64,000 nucleotides of DNA, from the NCBI GenBank assembly GCA_964016885.1, contig OZ024760.1, forward strand, positions 29,946,001-30,010,000. The letters are read 5' to 3'. Shown piece after piece: positions 1 through 15,900 of this stretch. This DNA comes from Eledone cirrhosa (taxonomy: Eukaryota). A program made the translations under genes and the position numbers. The notes beneath the pieces were generated by a model. It searched no databases. It was given only the letters and a program-made list of their open reading frames with translations, and had not been told where the DNA came from. How positions within the stretch are numbered: the first letter of the stretch is position 1; every line of letters starts with the position of its first letter.

Positions 1-3000
1 TAATGTAATGTAATGTAATGTAATGTAATGTAATGTGTAATGTAATGTAATGTAATGTGTAATGTAATGTAATCTAATGTAATGTAATGTAATGTAATGT
101 AATGTGTAATGTAATGTAATGTAATGTAATGTAATGTGTAGTGTAATGTAATGTAATGTAATGTAAAGTAATGTAATGTTTAATGTAATGTAATGTAATG
201 TGGAATGTAATGTAATGTAATGTAATGTAATGTAATGTAATGTAATGTAATGTAACGAATGTGTAATGTAATGTAATGTAATGTAATGTAATGTAATGTA
301 ATGTAATGTAATGTAATGTAATGCGTAATGTAATGTAACGTAATGTAATGTAATGTGTAATGTAATTTAATGTAATGTAATGTAATGTAATGTAATGTGT
401 GATGTAATGTAATGTAATGTAATGTAATGTAATGTAATGTAATGTGTAATGTAATGTAATGTAATGTAATGTGTAATGTAATGTAATGTAATGTAATGTG
501 TAATGTAATGTAATATAATGTGTAATGTAATGTAATGTAATGTAATGTGTAATGTAATGTAATGTAATGTAATGTAATGTAATGTAATGTGTAATGTAAT
601 TTAATGTAATGTAATGTAATGTAATGTAATGTAATGTAATGTGTGATGTATTGTAATGTAATGTAACGTAATGTAATGTAATGTGTAATGTAATATGTAA
701 TGTAATGTAATGTGTAATGTAATGTAATGTAATGTAATGTAATGTAATGTAATGTGTAATGTAATGTAATGTAATGTAATATAATGTAATGTAACGTAAT
801 GCAATGTAATGTGTAATGTGTAATGTAATGTAATGTAATGTAATGTGTAATGTAATGTAATGTAATGCAATGTAATGTAATGTGTAATGTAATGTAATGT
901 AACGTGTAATGTAATGTAATGTAATGTAATGTAATGTAATGAATGTATAATGTAATGTAATGTAATGTAATGTGTAATGTAATGTAATGTAATGTAATGT
1001 AATGTAATGTGTAGTGTAATGTAATGTAATGTTTAATGTAATGTAACGTAATGTGTAATGTAATGTAATGTAATGTAATGTAATGTAATGTAATGTAATG
1101 TAATGGGTAATGTAATGTAATATAATGTAATGTAATGTGTAATGTAATGTGTAATGTATTGTAATGTAATATAAGGTGTAATGTAATGTAATGTAATGTA
1201 ATGTGTAATGTAATGTAATGTAATGTGTAATGTAATGTAATGTAATGTAATGTAATGTAATGTAATGTAATGTAATGTGTAATGTAATGTAATGTAATGT
1301 AATGGAATGTTTAATGTAAAGTAATGTAATGTAATGTGTAAAGTAATGTAATGTGTAATGTAATCTAATATAATGTAATGTGTGATGTAATGTGTGATGT
1401 AATGTAATGTAATGTTAAGTAATGTAATGTAATGTAATGTAATGTAGTGTAATGTGTAATGTGTAGTGTAATGTAATGTAATGTAATGTAATGTGTAATG
1501 TAAGGTAATGTAATGTATGTAATGTAATGTAATGTAATGTGTGATGTAATGTAATGTAATTTAATGTAATGTAATGTGTAATGTAATGTAATGTAAGGTA
1601 ATGTAACGTGTGATATGATGTAATGTAATGTAATGTAATGTAATGTAATGTGTAATGTAATGTAATGTTTAATGTAATGTAATGTAATGTAATGTGTAAT
1701 GTAATGTAATGTAATGTAATGTAATGTAATGAAATGTAATGTAATGTAATGTTAAATGTAATGTAATGTTAAATGTAATGTAATGTAATGTAATGTGGAA
1801 TATAATGTAATGTAATGTAATATAATGTAATGTGTAATGTAATGTAATGTAATGTAATGTAATGTAATGCAATGTGTAATGTAATGTAATGTAATGTAAT
1901 GTAATGTTATGTAATGTGTAATGTAATGTAATGTAATGTGCAATGTAATGTGTAATGTACTGTAATGTGTAATGTAATGTAATGTAATGTAATGTAATGT
2001 GTAATGTAATGTAATGTAATGTAATCTAATGTTTAATGTAATGTAATGTAACGTAATTTTTAATGTAATGTAATGTAATGTAATGTAATGCGTAATGTAA
2101 TGTAATGTAATGTAATGTAATGTAATGTAGCGTAATGTAATTTAATGAAATGTAATGTAATGTGTAATGTAATGTAATGTAATGTAATGTAATGTAATGT
2201 AATGTAATGTAATTTAATGTAATGTAATGTAATGTAATGTAATGCGTAATGAAATGTAATGTAATGTAATGTGTAATGTAATGTAATGTAATGTAATGTA
2301 ATGTGTAATGTAATGTAATGTAATGTAATGTAATGTAATGTAATGTGTAATGTAATGTAATGTAAGGTAATGTAATGTTTAATGTAATGTAATGTAATGT
2401 AATGTAATGTAATGTAATGTAATGTAATGTAATGTTATGTTTAATGTAATGTAATGTAATATAATTTAATTTTTAATGTAATGTAATGTAATGTAATGTA
2501 ATGTAATGTAATGTAATGTAATGTAATGTGTAATGTAATGTAATGTAATGTATGATGCAATGTAATGTAATGTAATGTAATGTAATGTAATGTAATGTAA
2601 TGTGTAATGTAACGTAATGTAATGTAATGTGTAACGTAAGTTAATGTAATGTAATGTAATGTAATGTAATTTGATGTAATGTAATGTACTGTAATGTAAT
2701 GTAATGTAATGTAATATGTAATGTAATGTAATGTAATGTAATTTAATGTAATGTCTAACGTAATGTAATGTGTAAGGTAATGTAAAGTAATGTAATGTAA
2801 TGTAATGTAATGTATTGTGTCATGTAGTGTAATGTAATGTAATGTAATATGTAACGTAATGTAATGTGTAATGTAATGTAATGTAATGTAATATAATGTA
2901 ATGTAATGTAATGTAACGTAATGTAATGTAATGTGTAATGTGTAATGTAATGTAATGTAATGTAATGTGTAATGTAATGTAATGTGTAATTTAATGTAAT

Positions 3001-6000
3001 GTAATGTAATATAATGTAATGTAATGTAATGTAATGTAATGTAACGTAATGTAATGTAATGTGTAATGTGTAATGTAATGTAATGTAATGTAATGTGTAA
3101 TGTAATGTAATGTAATGCAATGTAATGTAATGTGTAATGTAATGTAATGTAACGTGTAATGTAATGTAATGTAATGTAATGTAATGAATGTATAATGTAA
3201 TGTAATGTAATGTAATGTGTAATGTAATGTAATGTAATGTAATGTAATGTGTAGTGTAATGTAATGTAATGTTTAATGTAATGTAACGTAATGTGTAATG
3301 TAATGTAATGTAATGTAATGTAATGTAATGTAATGTAATGTAATGTGTAATATAATGTAATATAATGTAATGTAATGTGTAATGTAACGTGTAATGTATT
3401 GTAATGTAATGTAATGTAATATAAGGTGTAATGTAATGTAATGTAATGTAATGTAATGTGTAATGTAATGTAATGTAATGTGTAATGTAATGTAATGTAA
3501 TGTAATGTAATGTAATGTAATGTAATGTAATGTAATGTGTAATGTAATGTAATGTAATGTAATGTAATGTAATGTAATGTGTAATGTAATGTAATGTAAT
3601 GTAATGTGTAATGTAATGTAATGTAATATAATGGAATGTTTAATGTAAAGTAATGTAATGTAATGTGTAATGTAATGTAATGTGTAATGTAATCTAATGT
3701 AATGTAATGTGTGATGTAATGTAATGTAATGTTAAGTAATGTAATGTAATGTAATGTAATGTAGTGTAATGTGTAATGTGTAATGTAATGTAATCTAATG
3801 TAATGTAATGTGTAATGTAAGGTAATGTAATGTAATGTAATGTAATGTAATGTGTGATGTAATGTAATGTAATTTAATGTAATGTAATGTGTAATGTAAT
3901 GTAATGTAAGGTAATGTAACGTGTGATATAATGTAATGTAATGTAATGTAATGTAATGTGTAATGTAATGTGATTTTTAATGTAATGTAATGTAATGTAA
4001 TATAATGTGTAATGTAATGTAATGTAATGTAATGTAATGTAATGAAATGTAATGTAATGTTAAATATAATGTAATGTTAAATGTAATGTAATGTAATGTA
4101 ATGTAATGTAATGTGTAATATAATGTAATGTAATGTAATATAATGTAATGTGTAATGTAATGTAATGTAATGTAATGCAATGTGTAATGTAATGTAATGT
4201 AATGTAATGTAATGTAATGTAATGTAATGTGTAATGTAATGTAATGTAATGTGTAATGTAATGTAATCTAATGTAATGTAATGTAATGTAATGTAATGTG
4301 TAATGTAATGTAATGTAATGTAATGTAATGTGTAGTGTAATGTAATGTAATGTAATGTAAAGTAATGTAATGTTTAATGTAATGTAATGTAATGTGGAAT
4401 GTAATGTAATGTAATGTAATGTAATGTAATGTAATGTAATGTAACGAATGTGTAATGTAATGTAATGTAATGTAATGTAATGTAATGTAATGTAATGTAA
4501 TGTAATGCGTAATGTAATGTAACGTAATGTAATGTAATGTGTAATGTAATTTAATGTAATGTAATGTAATGTAATGTAATGTAATGTGTGATGTAATGTA
4601 ATGTAATGTAATGTAATGTAATGTAATGTAATGTGTAATGTAATGTAATGTAATGTAATGTGTAATGTAATGTAATGTAATGTAATGTGTAATGTAATGT
4701 AATATAATGTGTAATGTAATGTAATGTAATGTAATGTGTAATGTAATGTAATGTAATGTAATGTAATGTAATGTAATGTGTAATGTAATTTAATGTAATG
4801 TAATGTAATGTAATGTAATGTAATGTAATGTGTGATGTATTGTAATGTAATGTAACGTAATGTAATGTAATGTGTAATGTAATATGTAATGTAATGTAAT
4901 GTGTAATGTAATGTAATGTAATGTAATGTAATGTAATGTGTAATGTAATGTAATGTAATGTAATATAATGTAATGTAACGTAATGCAATGTAATGTGTAA
5001 TGTGTAATGTAATGTAATGTAATGTAATGTGTAATGTAATGTAATGTAATGCAATGTAATGTAATGTGTAATGTAATGTAATGTAACGTGTAATGTAATG
5101 TAATGTAATGTAATGTAATGTAATGAATGTATAATGTAATGTAATGTAATGTAATGTGTAATGTAATGTAATGTAATGTAATGTAATGTAATGTGTAGTG
5201 TAATGTAATGTAATGTTTAATGTAATGTAACGTAATGTGTAATGTAATGTAATGTAATGTAATGTAATGTAATGTAATGTAATGTAATGTAATGTAATGG
5301 GTAATGTAATGTAATATAATGTAATGTAATGTGTAATGTAATGTGTAATGTATTGTAATGTAATATAAGGTGTAATGTAATGTAATGTAATGTAATGTGT
5401 AATGTAATGTAATGTAATGTGTAATGTAATGTAATGTAATGTAATGTAATGTAATGTAATGTAATGTAATGTAATGTAATGTGTAATGTAATGTAATGTA
5501 ATGTAATGGAATGTTTAATGTAAAGTAATGTAATGTAATGTGTAAAGTAATGTAATGTGTAATGTAATCTAATGTAATGTAATGTGTGATGTAATGTGTG
5601 ATGTAATGTAATGTAATGTTAAGTAATGTAATGTAATGTAATGTAATGTAGTGTAATGTGTAATGTGTAGTGTAATGTAATGTAATGTAATGTAATGTGT
5701 AATGTAAGGTAATGTAATGTAATGTAATGTAATGTAATGTAATGTGTGATGTAATGTAATGTAATTTAATGTAATGTAATGTGTAATGTAATGTAATGTA
5801 AGGTAATGTAACGTGTGATATGATGTAATGTAATGTAATGTAATGTAATGTAATGTGTAATGTAATGTAATGTTTAATGTAATGTAATGTAATGTAATGT
5901 GTAATGTAATGTAATGTAATGTAATGTAATGTAATGAAATGTAATGTAATGTAATGTTAAATGTAATGTAATGTTAAATGTAATGTAATGTAATGTAATG

Positions 6001-9000
6001 TGGAATATAATGTAATGTAATGTAATGTAATGTAATGTAATGTGTAATGTAATGTAATGTAATGTAATGTAATGTAATGTAATGTGTAATGTAATGTAAT
6101 GTAATGTAATGTAATGTTTAATGTAATGTAATGTAATGTAATGTAATGTAATGTAATGTAATGTAATGTAATGTTATGTTTAATGTAATGTAATGTAATA
6201 TAATTTAATTTTTAATGTAATGTAATGTAATGTAATGTAATGTAATGTAATGTAATGTAATGTAATGTGTAATGTAATGTAATGTAATGTATGATGCAAT
6301 GTAATGTAATGTAATGTAATGTAATGTAATGTAATGTAATGTGTAATGTAACGTAATGTAATGTAATGTGTAACGTAAGTTAATGTAATGTAATGTAATG
6401 TAATGTAATTTGATGTAATGTAATGTACTGTAATGTAATGTAATGTAATGTAATATGTAATGTAATGTAATGTAATGTAATTTAATGTAATGTCTAACGT
6501 AATGTAATGTGTAAGGTAATGTAAAGTAATGTAATGTAATGTAATGTAATGTATTGTGTCATGTAGTGTAATGTAATGTAATGTAATATGTAACGTAATG
6601 TAATGTGTAATGTAATGTAATGTAATGTAATATAATGTAATGTAATGTAATGTAACGTAATGTAATGTAATGTGTAATGTGTAATGTAATGTAATGTAAT
6701 GTAATGTGTAATGTAATGTAATGTGTAATGTAATGTAATGTAATGTAATATAATGTAATGTAATGTAATGTAATGTAATGTAACGTAATGTAATGTAATG
6801 TGTAATGTGTAATGTAATGTAATGTAATGTAATGTGTAATGTAATGTAATGTAATGCAATGTAATGTAATGTGTAATGTAATGTAATGTAACGTGTAATG
6901 TAATGTAATGTAATGTAATGTAATGAATGTATAATGTAATGTAATGTAATGTAATGTGTAATGTAATGTAATGTAATGTAATGTAATGTGTAGTGTAATG
7001 TAATGTAATGTAATGTGTAGTGTAATGTAATGTAATGTTTAATGTAATGTAACGTAATGTGTAATGTAATGTAATGTAATGTAATGTAATGTAATGTAAT
7101 GTAATGTAATGTGTAATATAATGTAATATAATGTAATGTAATGTGTAATGTAACGTGTAATGTATTGTAATGTAATGTACTGTAATATAAGGTGTAATGT
7201 AATGTAATGTAATGTAATGTAATGTGTAATGTAATGTAATGTAATGTGTAATGTAATGTAATGTAATGTAATGTAATGTAATGTAATGTAATGTAATGTA
7301 ATGTGTAATGTAATGTAATGTAATGTAATGTAATGTAATGTAATGTGTAATGTAATGTAATGTAATGTAATGTGTAATGTAATGTAATGTAATATAATGG
7401 AATGTTTAATGTAAAGTAATGTAATGTAATGTGTAATGTAATGTAATGTGTAATGTAATCTAATGTAATGTAATGTGTGATGTAATGTAATGTAATGTTA
7501 AGTAATGTAATGTAATGTAATGTAATGTAGTGTAATGTGTAATGTGTAATGTAATGTAATCTAATGTAATGTAATGTGTAATGTAAGGTAATGTAATGTA
7601 ATGTAATGTAATGTAATGTGTGATGTAATGTAATGTAATTTAATGTAATGTAATGTGTAATGTAATGTAATGTAAGGTAATGTAACGTGTGATATAATGT
7701 AATGTAATGTAATGTAATGTAATGTGTAATGTAATGTGATTTTTAATGTAATGTAATGTAATGTAATATAATGTGTAATGTAATGTAATGTAATGTAATG
7801 TAATGTAATGAAATGTAATGTAATGTTAAATATAATGTAATGTTAAATGTAATGTAATGTAATGTAATGTAATGTAATGTGTAATATAATGTAATGTAAT
7901 GTAATATAATGTAATGTGTAATGTAATGTAATGTAATGTAATGCAATGTGTAATGTAATGTAATGTAATGTAATGTAATGTAATGTAATGTAATGTGTAA
8001 TGTAATGTAATGTAATGTGTAATGTAATGTAATCTAATGTAATGTAATGTAATGTAATGTAATGTGTAATGTAATGTAATGTAATGTAATGTAATGTGTA
8101 GTGTAATGTAATGTAATGTAATGTAAAGTAATGTAATGTTTAATGTAATGTAATGTAATGTGGAATGTAATGTAATGTAATGTAATGTAATGTAATGTAA
8201 TGTAATGTAACGAATGTGTAATGTAATGTAATGTAATGTAATGTAATGTAATGTAATGTAATGTAATGTAATGTAATGCGTAATGTAATGTAACGTAATG
8301 TAATGTAATGTGTAATGTAATTTAATGTAATGTAATGTAATGTAATGTAATGTAATGTGTGATGTAATGTAATGTAATGTAATGTAATGTAATGTAATGT
8401 AATGTGTAATGTAATGTAATGTAATGTAATGTGTAATGTAATGTAATGTAATGTAATGTGTAATGTAATGTAATATAATGTGTAATGTAATGTAATGTAA
8501 TGTAATGTGTAATGTAATGTAATGTAATGTAATGTAATGTAATGTAATGTGTAATGTAATTTAATGTAATGTAATGTAATGTAATGTAATGTAATGTAAT
8601 GTGTGATGTATTGTAATGTAATGTAACGTAATGTAATGTAATGTGTAATGTAATATGTAATGTAATGTAATGTGTAATGTAATGTAATGTAATGTAATGT
8701 AATGTAATGTGTAATGTAATGTAATGTAATGTAATATAATGTAATGTAACGTAATGCAATGTAATGTGTAATGTGTAATGTAATGTAATGTAATGTAATG
8801 TGTAATGTAATGTAATGTAATGCAATGTAATGTAATGTGTAATGTAATGTAATGTAACGTGTAATGTAATGTAATGTAATGTAATGTAATGTAATGAATG
8901 TATAATGTAATGTAATGTAATGTAATGTGTAATGTAATGTAATGTAATGTAATGTAATGTAATGTGTAGTGTAATGTAATGTAATGTTTAATGTAATGTA

Positions 9001-12000
9001 ACGTAATGTGTAATGTAATGTAATGTAATGTAATGTAATGTAATGTAATGTAATGTAATGTAATGTAATGGGTAATGTAATGTAATATAATGTAATGTAA
9101 TGTGTAATGTAATGTGTAATGTATTGTAATGTAATATAAGGTGTAATGTAATGTAATGTAATGTAATGTGTAATGTAATGTAATGTAATGTGTAATGTAA
9201 TGTAATGTAATGTAATGTAATGTAATGTAATGTAATGTAATGTAATGTAATGTGTAATGTAATGTAATGTAATGTAATGGAATGTTTAATGTAAAGTAAT
9301 GTAATGTAATGTGTAAAGTAATGTAATGTGTAATGTAATCTAATGTAATGTAATGTGTGATGTAATGTGTGATGTAATGTAATGTAATGTTAAGTAATGT
9401 AATGTAATGTAATGTAATGTAGTGTAATGTGTAATGTGTAGTGTAATGTAATGTAATGTAATGTAATGTGTAATGTAAGGTAATGTAATGTAATGTAATG
9501 TAATGTAATGTAATGTGTGATGTAATGTAATGTAATTTAATGTAATGTAATGTGTAATGTAATGTAATGTAAGGTAATGTAACGTGTGATATGATGTAAT
9601 GTAATGTAATGTAATGTAATGTAATGTGTAATGTAATGTAATGTTTAATGTAATGTAATGTAATGTAATGTGTAATGTAATGTAATGTAATGTAATGTAA
9701 TGTAATGAAATGTAATGTAATGTAATGTTAAATGTAATGTAATGTAATGTAATGTGCAATGTAATGTGTAATGTACTGTAATGTGTAATGTAATGTAATG
9801 TAATGTAATGTAATGTGTAATGTAATGTAATGTAATGTAATCTAATGTTTAATGTAATGTAATGTAACGTAATTTTTAATGTAATGTAATGTAATGTAAT
9901 GTAATGCGTAATGTAATGTAATGTAATGTAATGTAATGTAATGTAGCGTAATGTAATTTAATGAAATGTAATGTAATGTGTAATGTAATGTAATGTAATG
10001 TAATGTAATGTAATGTAATGTAATGTAATTTAATGTAATGTAATGTAATGTAATGTAATGCGTAATGAAATGTAATGTAATGTAATGTGTAATGTAATGT
10101 AATGTAATGTAATGTAATGTGTAATGTAATGTAATGTAATGTAATGTAATGTAATGTAATGTAATGTGTAATGTAATGTAATGTAATGTAATGTAATGTT
10201 TAATGTAATGTAATGTAATGTAATGTAATGTAATGTAATGTAATGTAATGTAATGTTATGTTTAATGTAATGTAATGTAATATAATTTAATTTTTAATGT
10301 AATGTAATGTAATGTAATGTAATGTAATGTAATGTAATGTAATGTAATGTAATGTAATGTTTAATGTAATATATTGTAATGTAATGAAATGTAATGTAAC
10401 GTGTAATGTAATGTAATGTAATGTAATGTGTAATGTAATGTAATGTAAAGTAATGTAATGTAATGTAATGTAATGTAATGTGTAATGTAATGTAATGTAA
10501 TGTGTAATGTAATGTAATGTAATGTAATGTAATGTAATGTAATGTAATGTGTAATGTAATGTAATGTAATGTAATGTAACGTAATGTAATGTAATGTAAT
10601 GTAATGTAATGTAATGTAATGTAATGTGTAATGTAATGTAATGTACTGTAATGTAATGTGTAATGTAATTTAATGTAATGTAATGTAATGTAATGTAATG
10701 TAATGTAATGTGTAATGTAATGTAATGTAATGTATGATGCAATGTAATGTAATGTAATGTAATGTAATGTAATGTAATGTAATGTGTAATGTAACGTAAT
10801 GTAATGTAATGTGTAACGTAATTTAATGTAATGTAATGTAATGTAATGTAATTTGATGTAATGTAATGTACTGTAATGTAATGTAATGTAATGTAATATG
10901 TAATGTAATGTAATGTAATGTAATTTAATGTAATGTCTAACGTAATGTAATGTGTAAGGTAATGTAAAGTAATGTAATGTAATGTGTAATGTAATGTAAT
11001 GTAATGTATTGTGTCATGTAGTGTAATGTAATGTAATGTAATATGTAACGTAATGTAATGTGTAATGTAATGTAATGTAATGTAATGTAATGTAATGTAA
11101 TGTAATGTAACGTAATATAATGTAATGTGTAATGTGTAATGTAATGTAATGTAATGTAATGTAATGTGTAATGTAATGTAATGTGTAATGTAATGTAATG
11201 TAATGTAATATAATGTAATGTAATGTAATGTAATGTAATGTAACGTAATGTAATGTAATGTGTAATGTGTAATGTAATGTAATGTAATGTAATGTGTAAT
11301 GTAATGTAATGTAATGCAATGTAATGTAATGTGTAATGTAATGTAATGTAACGTGTAATGTAATGTAATGTAATGTAATGTAATGAATGTATAATGTAAT
11401 GTAATGTAATGTAATGTGTAATGTAATGTAATGTAATGTAATGTAATGTGTAGTGTAATGTAATGTAATGTTTAATGTAATGTAACGTAATGTGTAATGT
11501 AATGTAATGTAATGTAATGTAATGTAATGTAATGTAATGTAATGTGTAATATAATGTAATATAATGTAATGTAATGTGTAATGTAACGTGTAATGTATTG
11601 TAATGTAATGTAATGTAATATAAGGTGTAATGTAATGTAATGTAATGTAATGTGTAATGTAATGTAATGTAATGTGTAATGTAATGTAATGTAATGTAAT
11701 GTAATGTAATGTAATGTAATGTAACGTAATGTGTAATGTAATGTAATGTAATGTAATGTAATGTAATGTAATGTGTAATGTAATGTAATGTAATGTAATG
11801 TGTAATGTAATGTAATGTAATATAATGGAATGTTTAATGTAAAGTAATGTAATGTAATGTGTAATGTAATGTAATGTGTAATGTAATCTAATGTAATGTA
11901 ATGTGTGATGTAATGTAATGTAATGTTAAGTAATGTAATGTAATGTAATGTAATGTAGTGTAATGTGTAATGTGTAATGTAATGTAATCTAATGTAATGT

Positions 12001-12950
12001 AATGTGTAATGTAAGGTAATGTAATGTAATGTAATGTAATGTAATGTAATGTGTGATGTAATGTAATGTAATTTAATGTAATGTAATGTGTAATGTAATG
12101 TAATGTAAGGTAATGTAACGTGTGATATAATGTAATGTAATGTAATGTAATGTAATGTAATGTAATGTGTAATGTAATGTGATGTTTAATGTAATGTAAT
12201 GTAATGTAATATAATGTGTAATGTAATGTAATGTAATGTAATGTAATGTAATGTAATGTAATGTAATGAAATGTAATGTAATGTTAAATATAATGTAATG
12301 TTAAATGTAATGTAATGTAATGTAATGTAATGTAATGTGTAATATAATGTAATGTAATGTAATATAATGTAATGTGTAATGTAATGTAATGTAATGTAAT
12401 GCAATGTGTAATGTAATGTAATGTAATGTAATGTAATGTAATGTGTAATGTAATGTAATGTAATGTGTAATGTAATGTAATCTAATGTAATGTAATGTAA
12501 TGTAATGTAATGTGTAATGTAATGTAATGTAATGTAATGTGTAGTGTAATGTAATGTAATGTAATGTAAAGTAATGTAATGTTTAATGTAATGTAATGTA
12601 ATGTGGAATGTAATGTAATGTAATGTAATGTAATGTAATGTAATGTAATGTAATGTAATGTAACGAATGTGTAATGTAATGTAATGTAATGTAATGTAAT
12701 GTAATGTAATGTAATGTAATGTAATGTAATGCGTAATGTAATGTAACGTAATGTAATGTAATGTGTAATGTAATTTAATGTAATGTAATGTAATGTAATG
12801 TAATGTAATGTAATGTGTGATGTAATGTAATGTAATGTAATGTAATGTAATGTAATGTAATGTAATGTAATGTGTAATGTAATGTAATGTAATGTAATGT
12901 GTAATGTAATGTAATGTAATGTGTAATGTAATGTAATATAATGTGTAATG
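1..12950. repeat. Higher-order repeat domain A: about three units of 3.8-4.4 kb plus a partial fourth, each a dimer of ~2-kb subunits; no SINE
   Basis: Rare marker TGGAATG at ~201, 4395, 8161, 12604 and TAACGAATG at ~253, 4442, 8207, 12661. Subunit marker GGAATGTTTAATGTAAAG at ~1304, 3633, 5508, 7399, 9279, 11827. Boundaries are approximate. Confidence 0.85.
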
Positions 12951-15900
12951 TAATGTAATGTAATGTAATGTGTAATGTAATGTAATGTAATGTAATGTAA
13001 TGTAATGTAATGTGTAATGTAATGTAATGTAATGTAATGTAATGTAATGTAATGTAATGTAATGTGTAATGTAATGTAATGTAATGTAATGTAATGTAAT
13101 GTGTAATGTAATGTAATGTAATGTAATGTGTAATGTAATGTAATATAATGTGTAATGTAATGTAATGTAATGTGTAATGTAATGTAATGTAATGTAATGT
13201 GTAATGTAATGTAATGTAATGTAATGTAATGTAATTTAATGTAATGTAATGTAATGTAATGTAATGTAATGTAATGTAATGTAATATGTAATGTAATGTA
13301 ATGTCTAATGTAATGTAATGTAATGTGTAATGTAATGTAATGTAAAGTGTAATGTAATGTAATGTAATGTAATGTAATGTATAATGTAATGTGATGTAAT
13401 GTGTAATGTAATGTAATGTAATGTAATGTAATGTAATGTAATGTAATGTAATGTGTAATGTAATGTAATGTAATGTGTAATGTAATGTAATGTAATGTGT
13501 AATGTTATGTAATGTAATGTGTAATGTAATGTAATGTGTAATGTAATGTAACGTAATGTAATGTAATGTAATGTAAAGTAATGTAATGGGTGATGTAATG
13601 TAATGTAATGTAATGTAATGTAATGTTTAATGTAATGTAATGTAATGTAATGTTTAATGTAATGTAATGTAATGTGTAATGTAATGTAATGTAATGTAAT
13701 GTAATGTAATGTAATGTAATGTGTAATGTAATGTAATGTAATGTAATGTTATGTAATGTAATGTAATGTAATGTAATGTAATGTATCGTTTACTGTAATG
13801 TAATGTAATGTAATGTAATGTAATGTAATGTAATGTAATGTAATGTGTAATGTAATGTAATATAATGTGTAATGTAATGTAATGTAATGTAATGTTTAAT
13901 GTAAAGTAATGTAATGTAATGTAATGTAATGTGTAATGTAATGTAATGTAATGTAATGTAATGTAACGTTTAATGTAACGTAATGTAATGTAATGTAATG
14001 TGTAACGTAATGTATAATGTAATGTAATGTAATGTAATGTAATGTAATGTAATGTAATGTGTAATGTAATGTAATGTAATGTGTAATGTAATGTAATGTG
14101 TAATGTAATGTAATGTAATGTAATGTAATGTAATGTAATGTATAATGTAATGTAATGTAATGTAATGTGTAACATAATGTAATGTAATGTAATGTAGTGT
14201 AATGTAATGTAATGTAATGTAATGTGATGTGATGTAATGTAATGTAATGTAATGTAATGTAATGTAATGTAATGAAATGTAATGTAATGTAATGTAATGT
14301 AATGTGTAATGTGTAATGTAATGTAATGTAATGTAATGTAATGTAATGTGTAACGTAATGTAACGTAATGTAATGTAATGTAATGTAATGTAATGTAATG
14401 TAATGTAATGTAATGTGTGATGTAATGTAATGTAATGTAATGTAATGTAATGTAATGTAATGTTTAATGTAATGTAATGTAATGTAATGTTTAATGTAAT
14501 GTAATGTAATGTGTAATGTAATGTAATGTAATGTGTAATGTAATGTAATGTAACGTACTGTAACGTTTAATGTAATGTAACGTAATGTGTAATGTAATGT
14601 AATGTAATATAATATAATATAATGTAATGTAATGTAATGTAATGTAATGTAATGTAATGTAATGTAATGTAATGTAATGTAATGTAATGTAATGTGTAAT
14701 GTAACGTAATGCAATGTAATGTAGTGTAATGTTATGTAATGTAATGTAATGTAATGTAATGTAATGTAATGTGTGATGTAATGTAATGTAATGTAATGTA
14801 ATGTAATGTAATGTGTAATGTAACGTAATGCAATGTAATGTAGTGTAATGTTATGTAATGTAATGTAATGTAATGTAATGTGTGATGTAATGTAATGTAA
14901 TGTAATGTAATGTAATGTGTAATGTGTAATGTTTAATGTAATGCAATGTAATGTAATGTGTAACGTAATGTAACGTAATGTAATGTAATGTAATGTAATG
15001 TGTGATGTAATGTAATGTAATGTAATGTAATGTAATATAATGTAATGTAATGTAATGTAATGTAATGTGTAACGTAATGTGTAATGTAATGTAATGTAAT
15101 GTAATGTTATGTAATGTAATGTAATGTGTAATGTAATGTAATGTAATGTAATGTAATGTAATGTAATGTAATGTAATGTGTAATGTAATGTAATGTAATC
15201 TAATGTAATGTAATGTAATGTAATGTAATGTAATGTAATGTAATGTAATGTAATGTAATGTAATGTAATGTAATGTAATGTAATTTAATGTAATGTGTAA
15301 TGTAATGTAAGGTAATGTAATGTAATGTAATGTGTAATGTAATGTAATGTAATGTGTAACGTAATGTAATGTAATGTAATGTAATGTAACATTTAATGTA
15401 ATGTAATGTAATGTAATGTGTAATGTTATGTAATATAATGTATAATGTAATGTAATGTAATGTAATGTAATGTGTAATGTAATGTGTAATGTAATGTAAT
15501 GTGTAATGTAATGTAATTTAATGTAATGTAATGTGTAATGTAATGTAATGTAATGACAATGTAATGTAATGTGTAATGTAATGTGTAATGTACTGTAATG
15601 TGTAATGTAATGTAATGTAATGTAATGTAATGTGTAATGTAATGTAATGTAATGTAATCTAACGTTTAATGTAATGTAATGTAATGTAATTTTTAATGTA
15701 ATGTAATGTAATGTAATGTGTAATGTAATGTAATGTAATGTAGTGTAATGTAATTAGATGAAATGTAATGTAATGTGTAATGTAATGTAATGTAATGTAA
15801 TGTAATGTAATGTAATGTAATGTAATGTAATTTAATGTAATGTAATGTAATGTAATGTAATGCGTAATGAAATGTAATGTAATGTAATGTAATGTAATGT

